Translations under genes and position numbers: made by a program
Part shown: positions 23,618 to 33,316 of the stretch, piece by piece
Numbering within the stretch: position 1 is the first letter of the stretch
Layout: every line of letters starts with the position of its first letter
The notes under the pieces: generated by a model
What the model was told of the DNA's origin: nothing
Databases searched by the model: none
The model's input: the letters and a program-made list of their open reading frames with translations, nothing else
NCBI RefSeq assembly: GCF_000760515.2
Contig: NW_013546656.1
Span: 1 to 64,000 of the forward strand
Source of the DNA: Mitosporidium daphniae
Taxonomy: Eukaryota
Direction: 5' to 3'
DNA length: 64,000 bases

Positions 23618-23766
23618 GAAACAGCGGCAAAATAAAAGTGCTTCAAATGCCCAACTATGCTCTCAATAGCCAGCCAATTGAGAGCAGGCAGAAAAGCTCA
23701 CGCGTGTACACCATACTGTGCACCATTACATACTGTGATGCCTCCTAATAATTTACTGCAAATAAT

Positions 23767-24864
23767 TTATGTCGAACGATGTGCAATGTTCCTAAACCCG
23801 ATCCCAATGCACGTGGCCAAAACGCTTCCGTTGTCTTGATCCTCCTTGAGCCTGAAAGAAATGCCAAAAAAGAGATACAATTGTTTCAGAAACTCGACCG
23901 AAAATGGAGTTAGCGGCCCCAAGCGAATCGAAGACGCATCTTCAGAGGAAAGCGTTGCAAGAAGCAGTATGAACCATTGCCTGGATGAATCACCCCACCC
24001 AATAGTCGCAGTCCTTGAGAGAAAGGTAGCTGTTACCCTATTTGCAAGGTCCTCTGGGATTTCTCCCGGATTGGCCACACCCTCTGCAACGATCAGAGAA
24101 TTTGATGTAGACTCGCCCACAATTGTCAGCGAATAGCCTGGCGATGATCCTGCCTCGGATCCCTTCCTCGCATCTGAATATATCAGAGCATCTGGAAGCA
24201 GCTTGCAAAGCGTCATTTTTGACGAATCAATCACCCTTGCCACAATGGAGGGAGAAAGCTTCGCACAAGAGGCAATCCCTCGAACCTTCTTAACCAATCC
24301 AATATCAATGAGCTGCTGGGGCTCAAAGGCCCTCGGCAAAAGCGGCGATGTAAAAAGAATTTGACCGCCACCGTTTGGAGAGTATCCCCGCTTCTGGATT
24401 TTGATATCTAAAGTGGACTCCTTGACGCCCCAGGCCCTGAGGATGCCAAAATTGACCATTTTTATGGAGTCTACTGATGGGGCTTCTGGCGAAGATTGGG
24501 TAATCCCAGTGAGAGTGAGGGATGTTCGCGATTTTGCAAACAGGCAAAGGGGGACCAGCATTTCAAGAAAGTATCCGATTGGGCGTTCCACACCGCAATC
24601 AAAATTTAAGGATCCTCCAATGATGATGCCGGGAACAATTTTCACCGATGTGCCTGACTCGTTGATTTCTATGCTAGTACCGTCTGTAAGCTGAGAAACG
24701 GCTCTAAGAAAATGGATTTCATATTCTCGAAGCCCTATTCCGTCTGAACCAATATTTGACCTGATATCTTCGATCTGAATGGGGCGAGAAGATAGGAAAG
24801 AAAGTAGAACACGCGACCGAAATGCTGCCGCGCCCTTCAAGAATAGAACCTCGCCCTTTTTCAT
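23767..24864 (-). CDS. RCL1: RNA 3'-terminal phosphate cyclase-like protein (18S processing)
   Basis: FRSRVLLSFLSSRPIQIEDIR, GLREYE, INESGT, RPIGYFLE, LTGIT, KRGYSPNGGGQI, SPGY, PEDLA, CIGIGFRN. Confidence 0.93.
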   Translation of the reverse strand: MKKGEVLFLKGAAAFRSRVLLSFLSSRPIQIEDIRSNIGSDGIGLREYEIHFLRAVSQLTDGTSIEINESGTSVKIVPGIIIGGSLNFDCGVERPIGYFLEMLVPLCLFAKSRTSLTLTGITQSSPEAPSVDSIKMVNFGILRAWGVKESTLDIKIQKRGYSPNGGGQILFTSPLLPRAFEPQQLIDIGLVKKVRGIASCAKLSPSIVARVIDSSKMTLCKLLPDALIYSDARKGSEAGSSPGYSLTIVGESTSNSLIVAEGVANPGEIPEDLANRVTATFLSRTATIGWGDSSRQWFILLLATLSSEDASSIRLGPLTPFSVEFLKQLYLFFGISFRLKEDQDNGSVLATCIGIGFRNIAHRST

Positions 24865-24985
24865 AAAGATTTATTTATTAAATTTTGTGCCCAAATTTTA
24901 ATATTTGAATGCCCAAAATTCTGGGAAAGATCTCGAGTTGTCAATTATAGGACAGTCTACAAAATACGAACTCCAACCTTAAATG

Positions 24986-25035
24986 ATGGAGCCGAGTCAA
25001 AACAGGACAAGCTATGGAGCCGAGTCAAAACAGGA
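24986..25035. repeat. Two 22-nt perfect direct repeats with a 6-nt spacer
   Basis: atggagccgagtcaaaacagga at 24986-25007 and 25014-25035. Confidence 0.9.
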
Positions 25036-25048
25036 TAATTTATTCGCG

Positions 25049-26207
25049 CTAATTCATCTTGCGAATCAAGTCATTGATAAACTCCTCGCGGTTACCGGTG
25101 TCTCCTCCAATGATGAAATGCTTGAATTTGCGAGCACGGAAGCCGCCATTTGGGGAGGAAAGCTTGAATGGGCAAATGAATTGGTTGGCAGCCTTGAAAG
25201 CAGGGCCGACGGTGAAGATTTCGTGGATAAGATCTTCAATGCAAACAATCCCAAGATGGCCGAGAGCTGCTTCAATCAGCTTGTTATCTGTGAGAGCAAC
25301 ACGTTGCTTATCAATGCGGCCATGACCGCGCTTATAAATCAGTTCCTTGACAGACTTCAGGTTGGGATTGCCATAGGCAATATATGGCTCAACCAAGTGG
25401 AGCATTTTCTTGGTCGCTGCCGTAAGGCGTACGAAAACCCCATTGTTGATTTGGATGAGGCGGAGGAGCTGCAGGATCTTGCGAGGCTTTGGCGAAAGCT
25501 TGTTAATACTACAAAATGAGAAAATGCCAACATGGTAGCGAGAAAGCAATGAAAATTCATATTCAGTCCCGAAAGATGGTTAACGATCACAGCACGTAAA
25601 AAACACTAGTGGATCAATGGGATCATCATAATATGTGCACAAAAATCTGGAAATCATATTACCCTTTGATGCGGACAACAAAGGCGAGCTGAGACTCTGC
25701 GGGAACATATATCTTACCAGAAGCTTTGCTTTCGCGCTTCATGGTAATAGCCTCACGTTCTTTGGCAATATATTCCTTAGCATAATCCTCGGCACGCTTA
25801 AACGCCACTTTTTTCATGGTCCTGTTTTTTTTGAGCTGCGCTGCACGATTGGCTAGGCGCATAGCGGCGTGATTTTCAACGATTCTCCTTTTTTTCAAAA
25901 TCGACTCGGGAACCGAAGCATTTCTAAAAGGTAAATGGCATTAAAATGGTAAATAAATGCATGAATGCATTTGACCAATAAAGCCAAATCTATTTGATCA
26001 GAGTGTGATTAAACACTTCCGACAAATCCGTTATCAAGAGATAACGAGAATATGCCAACAGCAATGCTGCTGGGATATCTATTTAAGAGAATAGCGTGCT
26101 AGGCTAATCCTCCAATTCCATATACACCGACGTATATGAGCTAGGCTGATGGTGTCAGATGGATGAAATCACTGAACATACTTGGTTAGCGATAAAACGG
26201 AAGTCAT
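25049..26207 (-). CDS. RPL7: 60S ribosomal protein L7 (uL30), 3 exons
   Basis: [83 protein letters not shown]; introns 25509-25662 and 25924-26181. Confidence 0.97.
25558..25635 (-). ncRNA. Intronic box C/D snoRNA, predicted LSU rRNA guide (snR39B/SNORD2-like target)
   Basis: Box C ATGATGA (25623-25629), box D CTGA (25563-25566), terminal stem CATAT/ATATG, and guide ACCATCTTTCGGG complementary to the conserved LSU sequence CCCGAAAGAUGGU. Confidence 0.85.
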
Positions 26208-26239
26208 TTGGAATAAAAAAATTTATTAAAAATTAAACT

Positions 26240-27556
26240 TTAATGCTCTTTCCAAGTTACCCTAGTTCCCTGGGCTAAAATTAGGGGTATGATTTTGGGT
26301 AGCGTTTTTAATACCTACCAGTTAAAAGACAATCCCTACATTTTCCGCCTCAAATCGTCTAGAATATTTTACAAAAAATGTTTGCTCTGAATTTGCATCA
26401 GAAGATATTTCGTCAATTTGACCGTATTTGCCAAAAACACTCCTGACAAAATCGATGTCTGTTGATGAAGACATTTGAACGTGGAGCGTTCTCGGGCGAT
26501 TATCGATATTCTGAGGTCTTGAGATTTTGTTTGCCGGTGTCAGCGTGTCTTTATGCTCAAAGGCTGGCCTACAAGGCTGGGACGCCGAGAGTAACGGTCG
26601 TAAATTATCTTGAACCGAGCGAAGAGACTGAAAAAGAGCTTTGCGCTCTTCCTCGGAAATGTCAAATTTTGGGTCTTCCAATTTTTTAATTATGTCCTTC
26701 TGCTTTTGAATGAGAGAGTCTATGGCTTGCTCTCTGCTTTCACGAAGAGGTGGGTTCAATTTAATAGAAGGGTCGCCCATTATAGCGTCAGTTGATTTAG
26801 AAGCCATCCGGGCATCCGCCTCTTGTTGAAAAGTTACAATGGCCGAGTTTCGCTCTCCCCCATTAAATTGAATTTTTACCCGCTCAACATGTCCAAACGC
26901 GGCAAAAAAGGCTTCTATTTTTTCGGCCGTAAATAAAGAAGGAACGTTTGAAATAAATAGTTGTCTGCCTTTGATGTTCTTTCCAACTGAAGTCGGATCT
27001 TTGCATCTCGTCATATGCGTAGGCTTATATGTCGTAAAGTCCTCTTGGTCATGTTCCCGCGAATCATTTCGATATTTGGACGAAAACGGATGGCTATTGA
27101 GATTCCGTCTTTTCCATCTATAATCAATTGGGGCCAGAATGCTTGAGGTGCGATGTGGAGGCCTGGGAAAGGAGCTTTCCCGTTCAGGAGAAATTGAGCG
27201 TGATCTAGCTGACAAGAGGCTACGATTGTGCGGAGACATATTTTCCGGGAAAGACATGGTCTTGCAAAGAAAATCAAATAAACCCTGCACAAATGGCTTC
27301 GTGTCTATCAATAATGAGAAATAAAATTGTCCCATCATACGCTTATGGAGAAAGTCATCAAGCTTTATCAGGCAAATAGACTTCAGCTCGTCAATAGGCT
27401 TGTCATGCTTTAGCAGGGCAAATATGTATTCAGAAAGTATCTCCGAATCTGCGTCAAACCTAAATCACAAGTAACATCCAATGCAACTTACAAGACAGGA
27501 AGACGGCTGTTCAAATACCGCTGAAGTGAGCCAAGCGAGTCCTGGTCAAACTTCAT
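26240..27556 (-). CDS. RBM26/RBM27-like PWI plus RRM RNA-binding protein, multi-exon
   Basis: DADSEILSEYIFALLKHDKPIDELKSICLIKLDDFL (PWI); RRMs QLFISNVP...FAAFGHV and IDNRPRTLHV...FGKYGQI...YSRRFEAE. Confidence 0.8.
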
Positions 27557-27750
27557 TAGTTAAATTTTAAATTAAAATTAAAAGCTGAAAAATTATTGCA
27601 CTCATTAAATTTAGCAGGCTTGCTATTATAGCCTTTGGAATGTTGCAATTGTAAAATAGCAACCATGCTCATGCTCTACACGGACACACAATTTGGTTTT
27701 GAATTAAAATTTCCATTTCTCGATTAATTTTATTGCTTTCAAATCCCACA

Positions 27751-28512
27751 ATGAATGCTGCTGAATTGAGATCCACCAGTTCCCAGAACTCACTCCCTAC
27801 GGTCTCCGCCGACCCCTCAAAGACAGGATTGTTTAATTTGGACCCGGACACATCTCTTCAACTTCAAGGTTCCGATTTGGTTCATTTTTCTAGAATGCTC
27901 GGACAAAATTTTTCAAGAGTCCTTTAAAATATTCAATCCAAGCCCCATCAATACAGTTGCCTTCAAAATCAAGACAACGACACCAAAATACTATTGTGTA
28001 AGTCCGAACGTCGGAGTTGTCCCTCCCAAAGATTATGTCACCATAAAAGGTATCTTTTCTTTGTTGATGATCAAAAGTTTTGTTGCAGCCAAGAAAAGAC
28101 AAGTTCCTGATCATTGGACATCCGCTTTCTCCCTCAGAGATGCTTGAATTTTCGGAACAAGAACTTCATTCTACGCAATACGTAAGTAGATATCGGTTAC
28201 TCTCGTTTAGTGGTGTGAGCTAGAAGAAAAGAAGAAGGATTCTCTTGTAGAAAAAAAGCTGAAATGTCTCTTTAGTGTTGAACCGATTGCTGAATATGTA
28301 AAAATTCCGTTATTGATCTCGTGTTTTAGGAGAAGAGGCAATTTTCGTCGAACAATCAATATGGCTCATGTGTCCTTACGTCCGGAATCGTTCCTAGAGA
28401 AGTTGCAGACCAGTTGCCATTTTTGCGATCACATGATTCCATGATGTTTCCACCGGCTCTTGTTGGAATAATTATTTTGCTCACCATCCTGGCGACGTTA
28501 CTCTCTTGCTAA
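27751..28512 (+). CDS. VAP/Scs2-like MSP-domain tail-anchored protein, multi-exon
   Basis: VAFKIKTTTPKYYCVSPNVGVV, KDKFLI, C-terminal TM ALVGIIILLTILATLL. Confidence 0.8.
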
Positions 28513-28550
28513 TGAAGGCCATGGTCAATAAACTACAAATAATTAATTTA

Positions 28551-30211
28551 ATGCTTGTCGGCAGGCGCGTAGTGGTCACCGGACTGGGCACCATCAATCC
28601 TTTAGGCTGCTCCGTGGACGAGTCATGGCGACGGCTTATTTGTGCCCATTCGGGAATAACTTCAGTCTTCACCTTGCCAAAGAGTGGCAAAAAATTTCCT
28701 CTTGCAAGGGTCCCAGACAAATGTGAGCCTGCCCTGGCTCTAAAGGCCAATGCAAAATATCCACGATGGATCAGATTGGCCACGATTGCAGCAAAAGAGG
28801 CTATAGAGAGCTCTAATATCCTTGCAAGTAACATCAGCATGGAAAGAATTGTGGGGTGCCCATGTTTTCTTAGAGATTAGGGATGCTCGCTAGGCACTGG
28901 GCTGGGATCAATTGAAGATATTGGCCAATCAACGGGGATTCTCCATGACCAGGGTCCCCGAAGAATCTCCCCACGATTTATCACATCAATTCTGGCAAAT
29001 ACAGCGGCCGCTCTTGTATCTACAGGCTTTGGATTCAAGGTCAGTTGGTGTAGCGATTGCTCGTCTTGTTCAACCATTGCATTCGATTCCATTTGAGCAA
29101 ATTTTTATTACAGTAGGGGCCCCTCAATGCAATCTCAAGCTCGTGCGCTACCGGTAAAGACTACCCTCGAATTAGCATGTAGGAGCATCATCCATTGTCG
29201 ATGGAATATTGATGATATCAAATATGGAGGCAGATGTGATGGTAGTTGGTGCCTCGGAAGCCCCGATCAATCCGTTAATAGTAGCTGGGTTTAACCAGTA
29301 TATGCCAGCTAGCCATGCTGATATCATAGGATCAGAGCGTTGGCTGAAATTGCCGGGGAGAGGCCTATCGAGTCATATTCACGACCTTTTGATAAAGCAC
29401 GAACGGGGTTTGTTCTCGGGGAGGGTGCGGCTGTTTTGATTCTCGAGGAGCTGGAACACGCCAAACGAAGAGGAGCAGCCATTCTGGCAGAAATAACAGG
29501 CTTTGGTGTGAACAGTACGTTCCTATGCTATCAAATTCCATAGATGACTGCTATCACTTGACAGCGCCAGATCCGGAGGGCCAAGGGGCCATTTCCTGCA
29601 TGAAAAAAGCGCTTTTTCGTGCAGGGATTGCCCCTTCAGAGCTGGGATATTTGAATGCACATGCTACTTCCACGCCAATTGGTATGATTTGGCATGTTAT
29701 TGTAGGCGACAAAATTGAGGGAAACGCAATATTCAAGCTTTTCGATCAGAAAAATCAAACAAAGACCCCGCTTTTGAAAAGATCGGAATCTGCAGGAAAA
29801 GAACTTTTCGTGAAAGGGCAGACATCATCGGATGATAGAAATTATTTGGCATCCAGAAGGGGCCTTGATATTGAAGAATGCAGACATGTAACCCCATGCA
29901 TCCCGCTTCTGGTTTCAAGCACAAAGGGAGCTACTGGCCATTTACTAGGTGCAGCCGGCGCTATGGAAGCCTTGTTCACAGTTTTGGCATTGAAACATGT
30001 AAGTACATGGATTTGACATGACAAGAACATAGCACCCCCAACCCTTAACTTGGAGCAGTATGATTTGGAAAGCATCGAAGGATCCTCGAATATAGAATAC
30101 CCTGCAAAATACGCCCTTCATATGCCTTTTGTAAAGCATCTGATGAGCAATTCCTTTGGATTTGGAGGCGTCAATATTTCGCTTCTGTTCACCAAAACTG
30201 GCCAAAAATAG
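28551..30211 (+). CDS. CEM1: Mitochondrial-type beta-ketoacyl-ACP synthase (type II FAS), multi-exon
   Basis: [80 protein letters not shown]. Confidence 0.9.
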
Positions 30212-30317
30212 AGGGCAGCATCCACAAACTTTACGTGCGCAAATAAAGGAACCCCCTTTAATTTAGGGTTGCTATCGTAAATTTTCACTTTTCAAAGTTA
30301 TCTCTCAAAGTTTTAGC

Positions 30318-30746
30318 ATGTCATCAAACGATTCCTGGCAACAATATGTTGATTCCTGTCTGCTTGAGACAAACAAGCTTTCGCAAGCTGCAATTCTTGG
30401 CCATGACGGAGCAATATGGGCATCCTCTCCAAACTTTGAACTATCCTCTGAGGAGATATCGAGCCTAATAGAGGCTTTTCGGGATGCCTCAAAAGCCCGT
30501 GAGCGCGGGCTATATATCGCCGGAGTTAGGGTAAGAGAGTTAATGTTAATATGGTTACGCATGTAGAACATTATTTTGAGGGCAGACTCCCGATCGATAT
30601 ATGGCAAAAATGGCGCTTCCGGAGCTTTGTTTGTGAAAACTGGCCAGACAATAATAGTGGCAACATATGGCTCAGAACATATCCCCGGCAATGCTACCGC
30701 AGTGGTGGAGCAACTAGCGGATTACCTGATTTCGGCTGGTTTTTAA
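30318..30746 (+). CDS. Profilin, 2 exons
   Basis: SWQQYVDSCL...AAILGHDGAIWASS...GLYIAG, then an intron, then RADSRSIYGKNG...VEQLADYLISAGF. Confidence 0.95.
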
Positions 30747-30807
30747 AACGTAAATGTTTAAATTTAATTTGAGTTTTAAATTTTTTTCACTTTTCATTGA
30801 TATCAAC

Positions 30808-33150
30808 ATGCAGCTGCATGCCCATGAATCGGGGGTTCTGCCGCTGGAAAAGCTGCTTCGCGTACAACTACAAGAAGCTGCTTCGCCAAGAAATATATTT
30901 ATCGCACTGATGGCAATGTTGGCAACTTTAAATGGACATGAGGCGGCCGAACAGAAGACAGCCACTTTTTTACTTGCATCAAAGCTAGTCTCTCAGGAGC
31001 GCAATGCGATTGGAGTTGCCCTTTTGAAATCAGCATCTGCTTCTTTGATTGAATGCCTCTGGGATGGTTTAACGTTAATTTCGTCAACTCGTTCCCTTAA
31101 AATATCGGCCTTGCATTGCAAATCCGATGCAAAACAGCCACCTGTGATGGTAAACCAACATTCACAGGCAGCTGCATCAAAAGAAAATAATGCGACTGCA
31201 ATAGCCGCACTAGGTTATTTGCTTTCAATTGTGGCGCCGTCGAAATTTTACTTGTTCTTTCAACGAGCCCTTCCAGTCGATCAACAACTGCTTTTATCGG
31301 TGGTAGAGTGTGCATTTGAGCACATAGAGGCTGGCCCTTCCAAGGATAAGCTGATCACTGCACTTTTGAAAATTGGCAACAAGCTTCCCTCACAATTGAT
31401 CCGTATCCTCGTCAAAGGATATGCTACCCTCGCCTCATGCTCGCATATTCTCTTCAATCCAGAAAATAGCTGTCACAAAGAAGAAGAGAGCGAGCAAATG
31501 AAGACCCAATCTGTAGTTGGGGCTCTGATTTCGTCAGCTGTGTTCACGGATCGGAATAGCACCGATTTTTTCATGGCATCGGTAGTTCCGTTCTCGCAAA
31601 CCGTGCCTGTTCATCGGCGCATACAGCTGCTTTCGCTTTTACAAACATTGCGAGTTTGCACAGAGGCTCTTGCTTGCTGGCTTGCACAGGCCATGAATAA
31701 TGACTCGTCGGTGTTGACCGTCCAAGTATTGATGCGTTCAATTTTTATTGATCGTGGGAGTTGTGACCCCATTCCCTTGCTTGCAAAGCTTGCCACGGCA
31801 TTAGGAGAGGTTGCATCGAGTGAGAGAAAAGATCTTTTGCGTGTAATTGGCCTTCTTGTAAGAAACTTTCTCTCCGAAACTCAATGCATCGGCCTTTCGC
31901 AGCGTATAATGTCAGAGATAGAGGGGTCGATGATGGCGCCAACTGTGTGCTCTGCGTGCCCAACATCATGGGACATACTAGCGGTCTTGGCTCCGAGATC
32001 ATCGGATGCACTCCAATTTTTACTAAAGCATGCAGTGGCACATAGCGTAAGCTCAGAGAAGGCCCCGTTAAGGGCACTGGAAAATTTCATTACCCAATGC
32101 AATGATGACGACAATAGTCATCACATTCAAGTCGCGCGTATTCTGACAGCTGCAGCGCCATCAAAGCTTACTTATCGGATGTTGGAGAAAATACTTACCC
32201 CAGCTCTGACAGAGAGTGAGCCGAAGATTCTTGCAATGGTTGTGCTTGGGCTCAAAGAGCGTTCGTCATTTGTAAGAACTTGCGCAACACGGATGGTTAG
32301 AACATTGGCGTTGGCTACAGCGGCTCATCCTGAAGTCATGGTGCGCTTACTGGGGCGAATCGCAGCAGGCGTGGCTACAAGCACGCACCCCCTTGCTCGC
32401 GCAGCATCTCTTAAAGCCCTGGCTCTTACTGTTGGTTGCATGGTATCAACAGAACACTCCGCTCCATTCGATGAGCATTCGCAAGCATCTTCGGGTTCTT
32501 TAGAAGCATCATCCCCATTTGCATATCTTAAGGAATTGCCTCGGCTGATCGATTATATTAGACCAGAAGCACGGACTGAAGTTGAGGATGCAACGCTTGT
32601 TTTGGTCGCAATTTTCAAGAAGATTCCTTCGCGAAAATTGGTGGAGCGCATATTTACGCTCGCACCAACCCCACTGCTGCGCTCATTTGTATCCCTGCTT
32701 ATTGTGAAAGGTATGGAGGATCTTGTACCTGAAAACCAACGACGCATTGTTACGGCCGTCAGAAAGGCCCGCTCCCGTCTTCGCAGGAAAGCGCAGTCCC
32801 ATCGCTTGCCCAAAATAGGGGGATCATCATCGCCTGTCCAAAGCCGGGATCAACAGGAATACTCGCAAGACGAAGATGAGCTTAACTATGACATACATGG
32901 ACGTCTTGTGCTACCTGAAGATCAATTCATTGATCATTTGAATCCTTGCCACCCTGCAGTTGAAGAAAAAGAGATAGACTCGATTGAACAACCCGAGCGG
33001 CATAGTGCAGCGGCGCCGGAAAGGAGACGAAAGCGTCTTATCCCGTCGCAGAAGGTATTGAAATCTTACTCTTTTATTCCGCTCTCTCGAAAGCTGCTTG
33101 GTACTCACAGAGGTAAAAGAAAGCGATCAGCATTGCTTTTTTGTAAATGA
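30808..33150 (+). CDS. HEAT-repeat protein, RRP12-like (ribosome biogenesis), shortened
   Basis: Intronless helical-repeat ORF; MVVLGLKERSSFVR, LVPENQRRIVTAVRKARSR and YSFIPL resemble the RRP12 C-terminal half. Confidence 0.55.
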   Translation: MQLHAHESGVLPLEKLLRVQLQEAASPRNIFIALMAMLATLNGHEAAEQKTATFLLASKLVSQERNAIGVALLKSASASLIECLWDGLTLISSTRSLKISALHCKSDAKQPPVMVNQHSQAAASKENNATAIAALGYLLSIVAPSKFYLFFQRALPVDQQLLLSVVECAFEHIEAGPSKDKLITALLKIGNKLPSQLIRILVKGYATLASCSHILFNPENSCHKEEESEQMKTQSVVGALISSAVFTDRNSTDFFMASVVPFSQTVPVHRRIQLLSLLQTLRVCTEALACWLAQAMNNDSSVLTVQVLMRSIFIDRGSCDPIPLLAKLATALGEVASSERKDLLRVIGLLVRNFLSETQCIGLSQRIMSEIEGSMMAPTVCSACPTSWDILAVLAPRSSDALQFLLKHAVAHSVSSEKAPLRALENFITQCNDDDNSHHIQVARILTAAAPSKLTYRMLEKILTPALTESEPKILAMVVLGLKERSSFVRTCATRMVRTLALATAAHPEVMVRLLGRIAAGVATSTHPLARAASLKALALTVGCMVSTEHSAPFDEHSQASSGSLEASSPFAYLKELPRLIDYIRPEARTEVEDATLVLVAIFKKIPSRKLVERIFTLAPTPLLRSFVSLLIVKGMEDLVPENQRRIVTAVRKARSRLRRKAQSHRLPKIGGSSSPVQSRDQQEYSQDEDELNYDIHGRLVLPEDQFIDHLNPCHPAVEEKEIDSIEQPERHSAAAPERRRKRLIPSQKVLKSYSFIPLSRKLLGTHRGKRKRSALLFCK

Positions 33151-33316
33151 TTGATTACTTTATAAAAAGAACAATTTATTGCCTCCATCACCATCACGAT
33201 CAAAGTGCGCAATCAAAACCGAGGTGTGCATTATTAGGGATTTATTTAACTCAATATGTGCCTCTTAAACCAGTCTATTAGACATTGGTTTTAAAGATGA
33301 AATCAATCTGTGCACT

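Noticed and set aside
24986..25035. Repeat-spacer-repeat as a mini CRISPR array
   Set aside because: Only two copies, 6-nt spacer, eukaryotic context, no cas genes
24983..25519. 178-aa plus-strand ORF
   Set aside because: Antisense shadow of the conserved RPL7 exon; no independent motifs
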